The translations under genes were made by a program, and so were the position numbers. The notes beneath the pieces were generated by a model. The model worked only from the letters and a program-made list of their open reading frames with translations. It ran no database searches and was not told where the DNA came from. Positions 8,148 through 18,514 of a stretch of 40,001 nt of DNA are shown here, one piece after another. Position 1 is the stretch's first letter. The number at the start of each line of letters is the position of its first letter. Source of the stretch: Escherichia virus TH20; sequence record MT446394.1, one strand, 5' to 3'.

Positions 8148-8255
8148 AAAACCTCCAGTTTAAAGCGGGTCGTCCGTGACCCAAAGTTGTTACCATAAGT
8201 TGGTCAGCGTGTAGTTAGCCTCTACCCCCTTCCACACACGCCGAAGAGGTTTTTT

Positions 8256-10805
8256 TTAAATGGTTGCTATTTGCCACCGTCGATCATAGTAATGGGAGAA
8301 TCCGCTATACGTCAAAGTCATATGAACAATAGCCATTGATATTGATGCTGACGGGCAGCTGACACGGATGAATGTTTGTCCGCCTCTAACTAATTTCTGC
8401 ACATTAAACCCTGACAGGCTTTTATCCCCGGCATCAAGATTACTCCATAAAGCCCCCGATGCTACGTTGGACTCGCTACTACCAGACATACTAAACATCA
8501 AACGCCCTCCAGCCTCTCTACCACCAAGTCCATTTTTGTTTACGGGTATGATTGACATTTCCCCGGCAAGGAAGCACGCACCATACCTTGATTCTTCACC
8601 GACAGTGGTTAGCAGAATGTCTACCGCTCTGTTCCACGGAAGTATGAATGTCGCCTGCTCGGTTTTTACTTCATTAAAATACGCGTCAGCTGTCACATTT
8701 ATTGACGAAAGAGTTACGCCGTCATAGGAGTTACGCCCTTCTAGTGGTGCATGGCCATATACCCTATTTCCTGCTCTGACGCTTCGGATTCTGGTGTCTG
8801 CTAATCTTGAGGCGTCAGCAGCTTTAACGAATCTGAAATTATCTCCTAAAACCAGAGAGTTACCGTAAGCATTAACGTTTCCTGACGTATTTTTGTTTAT
8901 TAAGGCAATATGGTAATCCGCCTTAACATAACCGGAGTCCAGCACAATACTTCCATTCGGCATTCTTGCCTCGCTTGTCGGCATTTCAATGAACCGAGTG
9001 ACACCAGTGTTCATTGAACTTTGAATCCAACATGACAATCCCTTAAGGGTGAACTTAAACTGGTCATCTGTTTCTGCATAATCAGAGAAATCAATACCCA
9101 CAGTGCCGTTTATGCCCTCGATACCCATGCCGTCTATTGTTACGGACCGCAACTGCCCACCTACACGATGTGGTCGTATACAACCATCAGCGGCGATATT
9201 TGACGCAGTTACATACATGACAGGGTATCCACCAGCTACCGGTTCGTACGTACTTCTGTCTATGGAATAACCCCAGAGAAAGCCATCGTCGCAGTGGTGC
9301 GCCCATATAGAATTAATGTTGGTGCTGGTATTTCCACTAAGAGCAATGCCATACTTGCAATCGTACATATAGATGTTTTCTATTGTACTGACGAAAGTAA
9401 GCGCCGGTAGCGCGAATTTATAATGATAGAACTCAACATTACGAATCGTGCACAGTTTACCACCACCACCCGATAATTCGGACCCACTTATCATCAACGG
9501 GCATCCAACATAATCTGCGTCAGCATTTCTGAAAGCAATGTTTTCAACAGAAAGGCTATGGCCCCACGAGGTACTTACGAACCCACCAGTTGTCGATGTG
9601 TATATAATGCTTTTACGGGGAGAGTCACCGATAAGGCTAAGCATTACCCCATCCCATCTATACGCGCTAATGTCAATCTGTGTGCTGCCCATATAGATTG
9701 GCTGTTCGATTAATAAAGGAATATTGTGCGCAATACTTGCGGTATACGCAGCCAGCATCGCGGCCCCGTCGTTATGGGTTCCGGAAAGGTTGGCAGCCCC
9801 CATGCTTGGCGCTTTAGGATATGGAGTACCCTGAATGGTGCTGCCGACGATATATGGAGCATCCATCCATGCGCCAAACATTTTAGGAGTAATTCCCCGA
9901 ACGTTTGATAAGTCCCTTTTCCAGCGCTTACCTCCACTAGTAATTATAACAACGCCATTATCATCATTAGTTGTGGAATCTGCTAAGTCCGCATAGAACC
10001 ACCCACCACCAGAATCACCAGACTCATTTGGTGCAATTGATGTTGTATGTTTTTCTACAAAAATGCGCTGGCCATCAACATCAGGTTCAATAGTTCTTAA
10101 TGTTGATATATCATCGCATTTGCCGATTAACTTAAATCCATCGCTTTTATTTAATTGACTCCTTAATGAAGCATCACCTACACTAACCCACGCACCTACT
10201 CCAATCCCACCGGAAGTTTCAGGAGTTGAACCAGCAGGAACGTTCTTTGGAAGAGTACCATCCCAGCGGTAATAATCACCATCCTCTTCCCATAGCAGGA
10301 CCGTGTTCCATGTTGTAACGTTGAAGCCTTTCTCGAAGGAGCGACTGGTAATATAGCCAATTCGACCAGCTTCCTTGATACTCGCAGCTATTCCTCGTGC
10401 TTCGTCCTCGCTATCCTTAGCGTTGCTAGCAGAGCTACCAGCAGCAGCGGCATATTCCTTCGCTAAGTCAACCGTTTGGTCTCGACCTTCTTCTGCAATA
10501 TGGATAGCCTGAAGCTCTGCATTGGTCAGGTCACTAGCTGTCAACACTGAGCCATTCCTGAAGTCTACCACTAAGTCAGTTCCAGTCTGACGGTGAATAC
10601 GAACGATGTCGAAACCTGATTGGTCAACCAGCATCTCAATCATCGTTGGATTAAGGAATCGGTAATCTCGACCAGCTTCCAGTACACGGTTCAGGGCAGG
10701 GTTAGAGCTATTCACCAGCGTAACAACAACAAACGTTCTGGCTAGGTAGTCGAACTCAATCCTGTACTGAGTGTTTCCTGAAGGGAATTGTGTAATCGTG
10801 GACAT
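8256..10805 (-). CDS. Tailspike: T7 gp17-like N-terminal anchor fused to a depolymerase-like beta-helix body, 849 aa
   Basis: N-terminus FDYLARTFVVVTL...VDFRNGSVLTASDL resembles T7 gp17 1-150; remainder is Gly/Ser/Thr/Asn-rich as in pectate-lyase-fold capsule depolymerases; AAGGAGG upstream. Confidence 0.9.
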   Translation of the reverse strand: MSTITQFPSGNTQYRIEFDYLARTFVVVTLVNSSNPALNRVLEAGRDYRFLNPTMIEMLVDQSGFDIVRIHRQTGTDLVVDFRNGSVLTASDLTNAELQAIHIAEEGRDQTVDLAKEYAAAAGSSASNAKDSEDEARGIAASIKEAGRIGYITSRSFEKGFNVTTWNTVLLWEEDGDYYRWDGTLPKNVPAGSTPETSGGIGVGAWVSVGDASLRSQLNKSDGFKLIGKCDDISTLRTIEPDVDGQRIFVEKHTTSIAPNESGDSGGGWFYADLADSTTNDDNGVVIITSGGKRWKRDLSNVRGITPKMFGAWMDAPYIVGSTIQGTPYPKAPSMGAANLSGTHNDGAAMLAAYTASIAHNIPLLIEQPIYMGSTQIDISAYRWDGVMLSLIGDSPRKSIIYTSTTGGFVSTSWGHSLSVENIAFRNADADYVGCPLMISGSELSGGGGKLCTIRNVEFYHYKFALPALTFVSTIENIYMYDCKYGIALSGNTSTNINSIWAHHCDDGFLWGYSIDRSTYEPVAGGYPVMYVTASNIAADGCIRPHRVGGQLRSVTIDGMGIEGINGTVGIDFSDYAETDDQFKFTLKGLSCWIQSSMNTGVTRFIEMPTSEARMPNGSIVLDSGYVKADYHIALINKNTSGNVNAYGNSLVLGDNFRFVKAADASRLADTRIRSVRAGNRVYGHAPLEGRNSYDGVTLSSINVTADAYFNEVKTEQATFILPWNRAVDILLTTVGEESRYGACFLAGEMSIIPVNKNGLGGREAGGRLMFSMSGSSESNVASGALWSNLDAGDKSLSGFNVQKLVRGGQTFIRVSCPSASISMAIVHMTLTYSGFSHYYDRRWQIATI

Positions 10806-10851
10806 TATGCCTCCTTTGTGATTTAAATGGAGGCCTATGGTAGCGCCTCCC

Positions 10852-10874
10852 GTTTCCTATAGTGATAGTTTAGT
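10852..10874 (-). promoter_or_regulatory. Phage-RNAP promoter upstream of tailspike gene (phi17 position): ACTAAACTATCACTATAGGAAAC
   Basis: 23-mer overlaps gene 16 stop; followed in the leader by hairpin GGAGGC-N10-GCCTCC (10831-10852) and the RBS. Confidence 0.7.
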
Positions 10875-13800
10875 CCTTGATGTGGATGCCTTGCTCCTCA
10901 AACGTTCCAAGCAACAGCTTCTGGGTAATTGGGTCGTTAGGAACCAGTTCACGGAACGTATTATACATCCCGGTCATGTAGTCTCGCTCGTTGACACGAG
11001 TATCAGCCTTGAGGTAGCCAGCCAAGTTGTAAGCCGAAGCACCAACGTTAGCAGCATATCCGAAAGCGGGAACCTGCTCCAAGAAGCTACCAACAACATT
11101 CATCACAGGGTCACTTGTAGCTGCACCATACGCGATGGCACGTTCAGGTTTCTCTGTAGGTGAACGAGGAAGGATAGACGAACGTAGCATCTTAGTGTCC
11201 TCATACCCAGCGATCCCGCCCAGAATGTTGGCGACACCTAGTGGTCCACCGAGATGTGAACTACGTGATAGAGCTGCATATCCAATCATCGTTGGGTCCA
11301 GAGCTTGCTTGAGGTAGTCACGGTCTCGACCATCCTGCATAGCGTAAGCCTTGACATGCACCTGAGCCATGTAGTAGATACCAGCAAGACCCATAGAGAT
11401 CACAGTGGACAGAGCGGCGTCCATCGCTCGGTTGTTCTTCGTGGCGTTATAGAAGGTTCGCATGGTACGTCCATTGATGGACTTGATGACGAAGTTCTTA
11501 AACTGAAGGACAGTCTTAGCGAGAGGACCATAAGCCTTGGCGTCCATGTTTGACAGCTTGTGGGGCCGGAGTAACGTTTCGTCAGCGATGGTGTCACCCA
11601 TACGCCACAGGTCCATAGCCCTTGGGTCCTGACTGAACGCCTTCTTATCCTTGATGGTATACTTCCCGTCTGGACCACGAGTCACTGACTCACGGATTAA
11701 TGACTTAATGCCCTTCCACTGCTCGTCGGAGATACCAGCGGTCTTAAGCCAGCGGTCATCGAACTTACGCTTACTACCAGTCAGGCTATGCTCAACGATG
11801 TCAGACAGGAAGCCTTGACGTCCAGCATCTAACAGGTAGTTGGTCGTACCATTGAGGACTTTAGTGAACGGAGAGCGTACTGCAAGTTCACCAGTGTAAT
11901 ACTTAGCAGTCCCCAGAGCTGTAGCTGTACCACGACCGAGGTCACTGTAAGACCGCAGACGGTCAATGACGTCCTGTTTAGACGGGCGGATTGAGTCATC
12001 AAGTTCCTTACCGAAGAGAACATTGTGAAGGTCCTTAATCTCTGAGGCTCCGACCTTCTTGTTACGGAAGGCTAGGTCACGGAACATCGGGACTCCATGA
12101 AGCATTGCACGAACGTTACCGCGAGCCAGCATACCACCAATCTCCGTTAAGTTCTGAACACCCATGTAGGCATTCTTAGCGAAGAACGATAGGTCTGTCA
12201 TTGTGCGCATCACGGTAGCGAAGGCTGCATCGTCAGCACCATCACGTCGAGCACGACCAGTGAGAATCTTCAAGGTGTCACGTAAGGTCGAGACCTCACC
12301 TTTCAACTTACCGTCATCACCAGCCTTGTTCATCATGGTCTCAACCAAGTCCTTCATTTCCTTCGTGGTCTTGCCTGTACCAGCCATGATAGCAATGTCA
12401 CCATTAACTCGACGGTTGTAGGCCGGGACAATCTTGTCCATGTCCCACTCACGCAGGTTGTTGACACTGAAGGTCTGCCCATTAGGTAGGACGATTGACA
12501 TATCGCTATCGAACAGGTTACGAGCCTCAAGGAAGCTGTTGTTCTCCAGACCAACCAGACCGCTGATGTTCTCTTCCATTACGGATGAACGTTCGAACTG
12601 CTCGGTGTGGGAGATACCGTAAGCCTTATCGTTGGCGTACTTATCTACCGCAGCAGCAAGTCCCTCTGGAGTCAACGTAGGGTCAGCCTCTAAGAGTGCC
12701 TCGTCCACGCGTTTCTTGACTTCAGGTCTGGACGCATAGCTGGTCAACCATGACTTCTTGATGGCCTCCTGCAACGCCTCTTGACTCCCAAGCTCCTTGA
12801 TGTACAGCTCCTTCATCTGTTTGCTATACACGTGAGGGACGTAGGTTCCCTTGAAGCGGCTACCCGGAAAGATAGACTGAGCGTCTGGCCGACCAAACAT
12901 AGCTGGGTTCTCCATCATCTCACGCTTGGCGTCAAACTGGTTCTTCAGTAGGTCATAGACTTTCAGTTCTCCCGGAGTCAGTTCAGCCTTCAGGTTTCCG
13001 CTACCATCTTCGATAGCCATAGACACGCGCTGGTAGATGTCCTGACGGAATGCTCCAGAGTCTCGCCAGAATGCTGTCTGGAAGTACGGGTCCTTTAGTG
13101 CCTCAGTAACCGCATCGTCGATGTCGTTGTAGAACCGATGGTCCACAGCACGAAGTCTCTCGAACACGTCTGACGATGTTGTCCCGATTTTACCTGAGGC
13201 CCCAGACTGCATACCAGTAGGTGAACGCACTAAGTCAGCAGCTACTCCACGAATCTCAGGGTTCTCAGACCGAAGCAGCTTCAGGCCAATCTCGGTAAGT
13301 CCACCAAGGTTCACACCAGCAGCGGCACGTTCCGGCTCAATCACTTCGTCAAAGACTTGACGTGTCTTAGGGTTCAGAGGGTTCTCACCAATCAGGATTG
13401 AACCGTCTTCTAATCGTACACTTCCCGGCTCATTCGGAACGTCAGCGAACTTAACGCCTTGATGACTAAAGGTCTGCTCACCTTCCTGAATAGGGAGACG
13501 AGACAGGTCCTGACCAACAACGTTACGAGCGGTCTCACGAGCTTCCAGACGTGTAGCTGGACCAGCAAACTCGTTGGTTGACTTGCCTAGGGCCTTGCCG
13601 ATAGCGTCCCCGATAGCTGTCATTCCCCCACCGAAGAGAGCACCGCCCATAATTGCCTCAGCCACGTGAGCGTCCCCACCAGCAACTGAGGTTCGAGCAA
13701 TCTCGGATGCCCCAGCCAGAGCACCAGACTGAGCAGCCACAGTGAACATCTTGTTGACTAGCTTCCCACCTTTACCTACCTGCCAAGCAATAGGAACGTA

Positions 13801-14757
13801 GGTCAGAGGGTCCACGCCAGCACCAATCACACCAGCCGCCAGTTGAGCGCCAGTCCCAGCCTTGGCCTTCTCTTGGTCCAACTTCTGGTTCTCAAGCGCC
13901 AAGTTAATAAGCTCGGTCAGGTTCTGAGGAGAACCACCAGTAATGACTCCGTAATACTGAGGCATAACCCCAGCGTTACGAATCTGGTCCAGCTCTTCAC
14001 GAGTCCACTTATGGTTGTTCCATCTGGTCGGGTTGAACACATCGCCAATGACATCCAGTGAATCCTCAGTCTGGCCAGCCCGGATAGCCACGCCTACCAT
14101 AGAGTTCTTCACTTCAGCTTCTGTCGCCGCACCGAAACCGAACCACGTAGAGCGGTCCTCACGCTCCTGCATGGTCTCTCCAGTAGCCTTATAGAACATC
14201 TCACCGAACGATTCGTTGGGAGCTTCAGGTGCTTGACCCTCAATGTTCAGACCAGCAGCGGTCGGAAGGTTCTCACCCAGAGCTACTTTAGGTTTAGCCT
14301 TGAGTCCTTCCGTGAGTGCGTCAAATACGTTAGCGCTTACTGGTGGAGTCTTTGGGCTAATGCCGTTGAGTGCCCGTGCGACTCCCTTCTGATAGACTTC
14401 AGGGTCGTACCGTGAGCCTGTCTCATGGAAGCTGATAGCTTGTGCCAGAGAAGACAGGGTGTCAGGGTCCGATAGGTCGAGACTCTGTGTAGCTGGAATA
14501 CCAGTTGCAGCCACCACTGAGTCAATATAAGCCTTAGTGTCGTTCTCGTTAGGAGGTGCCCATCTGTTGATAATCTTCTCGATGGAATCATAACCTTGGC
14601 GACCGTAGGACAGCAGGTTTTTACCTAAAGCTCGGACGCCAGACTCTGGACTATCGAAGGTGACGAATGCGCCATCATCTCCAGTCATTCCTTCCCATTG
14701 GTCCTTACTTACCCGGATGTTACCCGGATTGTTATTGCGAATACCACGAGTCGCCAT
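10870..14757 (-). CDS. Internal virion (core) protein with N-terminal lytic transglycosylase domain (T7 gp16-like), 1295 aa
   Basis: Size, position, N-terminal NNPGNIR...HETG-type transglycosylase region; ATG 14757 with AAGGAG upstream. Confidence 0.95.
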   Translation of the reverse strand: MATRGIRNNNPGNIRVSKDQWEGMTGDDGAFVTFDSPESGVRALGKNLLSYGRQGYDSIEKIINRWAPPNENDTKAYIDSVVAATGIPATQSLDLSDPDTLSSLAQAISFHETGSRYDPEVYQKGVARALNGISPKTPPVSANVFDALTEGLKAKPKVALGENLPTAAGLNIEGQAPEAPNESFGEMFYKATGETMQEREDRSTWFGFGAATEAEVKNSMVGVAIRAGQTEDSLDVIGDVFNPTRWNNHKWTREELDQIRNAGVMPQYYGVITGGSPQNLTELINLALENQKLDQEKAKAGTGAQLAAGVIGAGVDPLTYVPIAWQVGKGGKLVNKMFTVAAQSGALAGASEIARTSVAGGDAHVAEAIMGGALFGGGMTAIGDAIGKALGKSTNEFAGPATRLEARETARNVVGQDLSRLPIQEGEQTFSHQGVKFADVPNEPGSVRLEDGSILIGENPLNPKTRQVFDEVIEPERAAAGVNLGGLTEIGLKLLRSENPEIRGVAADLVRSPTGMQSGASGKIGTTSSDVFERLRAVDHRFYNDIDDAVTEALKDPYFQTAFWRDSGAFRQDIYQRVSMAIEDGSGNLKAELTPGELKVYDLLKNQFDAKREMMENPAMFGRPDAQSIFPGSRFKGTYVPHVYSKQMKELYIKELGSQEALQEAIKKSWLTSYASRPEVKKRVDEALLEADPTLTPEGLAAAVDKYANDKAYGISHTEQFERSSVMEENISGLVGLENNSFLEARNLFDSDMSIVLPNGQTFSVNNLREWDMDKIVPAYNRRVNGDIAIMAGTGKTTKEMKDLVETMMNKAGDDGKLKGEVSTLRDTLKILTGRARRDGADDAAFATVMRTMTDLSFFAKNAYMGVQNLTEIGGMLARGNVRAMLHGVPMFRDLAFRNKKVGASEIKDLHNVLFGKELDDSIRPSKQDVIDRLRSYSDLGRGTATALGTAKYYTGELAVRSPFTKVLNGTTNYLLDAGRQGFLSDIVEHSLTGSKRKFDDRWLKTAGISDEQWKGIKSLIRESVTRGPDGKYTIKDKKAFSQDPRAMDLWRMGDTIADETLLRPHKLSNMDAKAYGPLAKTVLQFKNFVIKSINGRTMRTFYNATKNNRAMDAALSTVISMGLAGIYYMAQVHVKAYAMQDGRDRDYLKQALDPTMIGYAALSRSSHLGGPLGVANILGGIAGYEDTKMLRSSILPRSPTEKPERAIAYGAATSDPVMNVVGSFLEQVPAFGYAANVGASAYNLAGYLKADTRVNERDYMTGMYNTFRELVPNDPITQKLLLGTFEEQGIHIKD

Positions 14758-14761
14758 TATG

Positions 14762-17044
14762 TTACTCCTTACCGATTAGTACGTTTGCGATACCCTCCAA
14801 TGAGACGTCATTGTACATCCCTCCGCGCTTCTCGATGTTGGCCTCTCGGTCAGCTCGACGTTTGTCACCAGCAGCTTTAGTCCCGACTATACGCGCTCGC
14901 TTGTTAGCGTCAAGTTCTGCCTGAGCGTATGCGGCATCTTGTGCCTTCTGCTGTTGTTCGCGGTAGAGTTTACCTACAAGTTCTTTATCGTAGCGAATAC
15001 GAATAGTCCCTGTAGCGTCTTGGAGGAAGATAGAGCCATTCTGTTCAACAACGGACAACTGAGAGTTCACTACCCAAGGGTTGGCCTTAATGAGCTGCTT
15101 ACGAGCGGTGTCGATAATGTCTCGACCAACCTGCCACGACTCTGGGTTATCCCCGACCATAAGCTGGTGCTTGGACACCATGCCGATGGACTTACCGTCC
15201 GAACCTTCAGATTGGAACGTTACGGTGTTCTCATTCAGCCAGCGTTGAGTCTGCTGAGTTGCAGCGTCAGCGTTACCTGTACGATAGTACCATGAGTCCC
15301 ATACCTTACGAGCACTTGCGTCCAGAGACGTTGGTAGACGAGACAACTTGGTGTTCTTGGAGTCGTTCTTCAGCTCCTGCCACGCCTTGTCTGACTCCAT
15401 GCGCATCTCACGGCTTTGACTTGCAGCTTGCTTATCAGCTTCAATCATCGTCTGAGGGTCCAGACCCATCTTGTCCATCTGGTCAAACGTAGAGAACAAC
15501 TGAGCTTGGTCAGGATACAGAGCAGCGAAACTTGAAGGGTCCTGAGTGTAGGCACGACGAAGAGATTCGAAGCGTTTCATCTTGTCTGGGTCGTACTGCC
15601 CACGGATGACAGCAGCTTGCCACTCACCAGCGGCGTCCTGAGTCAGCGTCTGGAAGGCATTACGGAACGGACCGTTGTTAGTGTCAGCTCTTAACAATGC
15701 CACCTTCTGAGCGTCCTTAGCAGCCTCAGGGATGTCCATCTGGTCAATCTGCTGTAGCTTAGCAGACGCATAGTTGTTCATGTCTGAACGCTTGAACTCT
15801 CCTGTAGCTTCAGATACCGGAAGGTCCTCATAGTTGGTGGACACGTTGTCACCAGCCAGACGTCGCTGATAAACTTGGTCAATGACCAGTTGCTTGTTCT
15901 GGGTCTGGATTAACTTCGTGTTCTCCTTTGCCTGTTCAGCAGACTTACGCTTTACCGCTTCCAGTAGTGTGACTTCGGCGTTAATAAGCATCTGGCGCTG
16001 AGGAGTGAGTTCTTCACCGGGTTGAAGCTGGTTGTTCTGCTCCTTGAGTTTTTGAATCTGGGCCAGACCGATGGTTGGGTCATCCTGAAGAATCGCAGAC
16101 TGAACGCCTAACGCCAAGTCTTCCTGATACTTAGCCACCAGTTTATACTCAGTACCTTGGGCCTCAACCATAGCAGCATTGAAGACGTCAGGTCCTACAA
16201 TCTCTTCGATGGTAGCGTCAACACCATTAAGGGTGATACGCTCGCCACGGACTTGCTGTAGGAAGTTTGAGCCTCCTGACTTCTGGATTGCGTCACGTAC
16301 CGTCTGGGCGATGACCTCTCGTGCTCGCTGGTCCGAAGGGATAGCAGCAGTTGTTAGACCATCCCGCAGGTAGGCCATGAAGGTCTTTCCAGACTCAGGA
16401 GAACGCATCAGGTCCCCATCGTTAAGGAACGAGTTCATCTCAATACGAGTGTTCAACATTGCTGTCTCTTCAGACTGCTTACTGAAATACTTATTGAAGG
16501 ACCCGTAGATAGCGATGTTTCTGTCCGTGATGTTATCGTTGAATCCACGCTGGAAGAACTCGTCGGTAGGGTTAATACCCGCCTCTTCAGCATAGGACTT
16601 AGCGGCATCCTGAAGTCGCTGGTGGCGATACTCTTCCATGTCCTGACGTGTACGGAACTCACCGTTCTGAATCTTAACGTTAATCTCGTCGTCTACAGCA
16701 AAGGCGGCATTACGACCAGTCTTGACTCGAAGTGCTTCCATAGCGTAAGGGTCGTCCTGATACAGCAATGTGCCGTTCTGGATAGCCTCACGTCTCTGCT
16801 GAGGTGTCAGTTTGCGGATAATCTCGTTAGACCGCTCGTCAGCTCTTGTCTTCTCATCGTCTTTGAACTGCTTGTACAATCCGGTCCCAGACTCAACGAA
16901 GTTGGTTAACGCACGAGCCAGCCCGGAGTCCCCAGTAGGAGCCTGAACGTTGGCTGCTTGATAGTTGACGGCGATAGTTTTACCCGGCGCTCTGCCGCGA
17001 CCCATAGTCCGATTAGCCAGAGCTGATTCAATATTACTAGCCAT
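14762..17044 (-). CDS. Internal virion (core) protein (T7 gp15-like), 760 aa
   Basis: Size and position between gp14 and gp16; GAGGAGG upstream. Confidence 0.9.
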   Translation of the reverse strand: MASNIESALANRTMGRGRAPGKTIAVNYQAANVQAPTGDSGLARALTNFVESGTGLYKQFKDDEKTRADERSNEIIRKLTPQQRREAIQNGTLLYQDDPYAMEALRVKTGRNAAFAVDDEINVKIQNGEFRTRQDMEEYRHQRLQDAAKSYAEEAGINPTDEFFQRGFNDNITDRNIAIYGSFNKYFSKQSEETAMLNTRIEMNSFLNDGDLMRSPESGKTFMAYLRDGLTTAAIPSDQRAREVIAQTVRDAIQKSGGSNFLQQVRGERITLNGVDATIEEIVGPDVFNAAMVEAQGTEYKLVAKYQEDLALGVQSAILQDDPTIGLAQIQKLKEQNNQLQPGEELTPQRQMLINAEVTLLEAVKRKSAEQAKENTKLIQTQNKQLVIDQVYQRRLAGDNVSTNYEDLPVSEATGEFKRSDMNNYASAKLQQIDQMDIPEAAKDAQKVALLRADTNNGPFRNAFQTLTQDAAGEWQAAVIRGQYDPDKMKRFESLRRAYTQDPSSFAALYPDQAQLFSTFDQMDKMGLDPQTMIEADKQAASQSREMRMESDKAWQELKNDSKNTKLSRLPTSLDASARKVWDSWYYRTGNADAATQQTQRWLNENTVTFQSEGSDGKSIGMVSKHQLMVGDNPESWQVGRDIIDTARKQLIKANPWVVNSQLSVVEQNGSIFLQDATGTIRIRYDKELVGKLYREQQQKAQDAAYAQAELDANKRARIVGTKAAGDKRRADREANIEKRGGMYNDVSLEGIANVLIGKE

Positions 17045-17055
17045 TAGTCCTCCTC

Positions 17056-17643
17056 TTAGCTATGACCTGTAGGTGTGCCTTTAGCAGCACTAATTGGTGC
17101 AGCACCACCAGAGCTGGACGCTCCAGCGATTGACTTACCAGCGGCGTAGCCTTGCATCCCGGCGTTAGCAACATTAAGTGCATGAGCCAGTGGGCTGGTC
17201 TTGATGATTTTACCTTGACCACGGATAGCAGACTTGGTGTTCTCAATGTTGGCGATACGGTTCCCAAATATAGCCGCATAGTCACGGTTGTAGCTTTCGG
17301 TAATCCCTGCTCGCTCCTTGACCGTATCTCCTTCGACCTGACGTTCAATCCTGTCCATAGAGTTACCTTCCAGACCGGACTCAGCCACCGCAGCTCTGAC
17401 CATACCCTGATTGCGGATACCGTTTAGCGTGGTCTCTGTCAGTTCAGCCATCTGCTGCTCCTTCAGGTCTCGCTCCTGCATCTTCAGGTTGGCGTCAGAG
17501 TAGTTCATCTGCTTAATCATCTCCTGAGACTGACGGTTCTGAGCATCAATTGCTGCACCTTCGGCCTTGGCCTGCTGGGATGCGGACATAGTGGCCCCGG
17601 CTACAGCCATGATCCCTAGACCGATGGATACTGGTTCACACAT
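17056..17643 (-). CDS. Internal virion protein (T7 gp14-like), 195 aa
   Basis: GNSMDRIERQVEGD...YNRDYAAIFG resembles remembered T7 gp14; GGAGGT upstream. Confidence 0.85.
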   Translation of the reverse strand: MCEPVSIGLGIMAVAGATMSASQQAKAEGAAIDAQNRQSQEMIKQMNYSDANLKMQERDLKEQQMAELTETTLNGIRNQGMVRAAVAESGLEGNSMDRIERQVEGDTVKERAGITESYNRDYAAIFGNRIANIENTKSAIRGQGKIIKTSPLAHALNVANAGMQGYAAGKSIAGASSSGGAAPISAAKGTPTGHS

Positions 17644-18037
17644 GGTTCACCTCCAGATAGTTGATAGCGTTTCTAAGCAACTGGACGTCATCCTTCAGCT
17701 TGCCTATAGCTTGATTGCAGTTGGTACATAGCAGCCCTCTAACCTTTCCAGTTGAATGGCAATGGTCTACCGCTAGTCTTCCTACAGACTCTGTACCATG
17801 ACAAATAGCACATGTTCCACCTTGCTCACGAAGCATTTTATCATACTCCTCAGGTGTTATTCCGTATCCTTTCTTCAGGTTATACCTCCTGTTGTGCTCT
17901 GGGGTTCTATCCTTCCGTATCTTGGACCAACAGCTTCTGCAATGAGGCTTGCGCCTGTTCGGGTCTTTCTTGGTGGCCTGTTTGTGAAACTCAGTGATTG
18001 GTTTCTCCAGACCACAAGTTAAACAAACCTTGGTCAT
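17636..18037 (-). CDS. HNH endonuclease (endonuclease VII-like), free-standing, between genes 13 and 14
   Basis: CAICH...LAVDHCHSTGKVRGLLCTNCNQAIG; likely start ATG 18037 (AAGGAG upstream); track start 18100 is GTG inside gene 13. Confidence 0.8.
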   Translation of the reverse strand: MTKVCLTCGLEKPITEFHKQATKKDPNRRKPHCRSCWSKIRKDRTPEHNRRYNLKKGYGITPEEYDKMLREQGGTCAICHGTESVGRLAVDHCHSTGKVRGLLCTNCNQAIGKLKDDVQLLRNAINYLEVNHV

Positions 18038-18039
18038 CT

Positions 18040-18495
18040 TTACTCCTTGGTGATTGTGAATAGAATGAATACTTCTCCAGTCACTGGACTTCTGGTCCAC
18101 TTATCGTCGTGGAACTTAGCGCCTATTGACTTGAGAAACCGGATGTGGGACGCATTGCCTTCCCAGACGTAGTTCCATAGTACCGGATAGTCCTCCAGCA
18201 TCTTGTCACGATACTCCATGATTCTCTCACGGAACTCTCGCTTACCTTTAGGTGGGAGACGCTCGGTCATTCTGGTTGTCAGGAACCAAACGTTGTCACC
18301 TTGGTTGCCGCCATAGGCGTAAATATCCCCAGTAGCGTTAGTTAAAACCACAGATGAAGACGTTAGGTGTGCTTGCAGCCTTTCAGTGAGACCCTCAGTG
18401 GTCCCGTAGTTGGCTTTACACTCCTCTAAGTCGTCATCTGTAAGTTGTGCAGCAGCGTGCCAAACGTCTACATCTGTAGCCTTGCGAATATACAT
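18040..18495 (-). CDS. Virion assembly / internal protein at the gene 13 position, 151 aa
   Basis: Assigned by position downstream of the phi13-type promoter; no motif recognised. Confidence 0.5.
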   Translation of the reverse strand: MYIRKATDVDVWHAAAQLTDDDLEECKANYGTTEGLTERLQAHLTSSSVVLTNATGDIYAYGGNQGDNVWFLTTRMTERLPPKGKREFRERIMEYRDKMLEDYPVLWNYVWEGNASHIRFLKSIGAKFHDDKWTRSPVTGEVFILFTITKE

Positions 18496-18514
18496 AAAGT
18501 CTCCTTATAACCTT

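Noticed and set aside
8219-8257. Hairpin followed by a T8 run on the plus strand between tailspike and holin genes
   Set aside because: Stem is only 4-5 bp and it would terminate antisense transcription; on the coding strand it is an A-run preceding the hairpin, so not a convincing terminator
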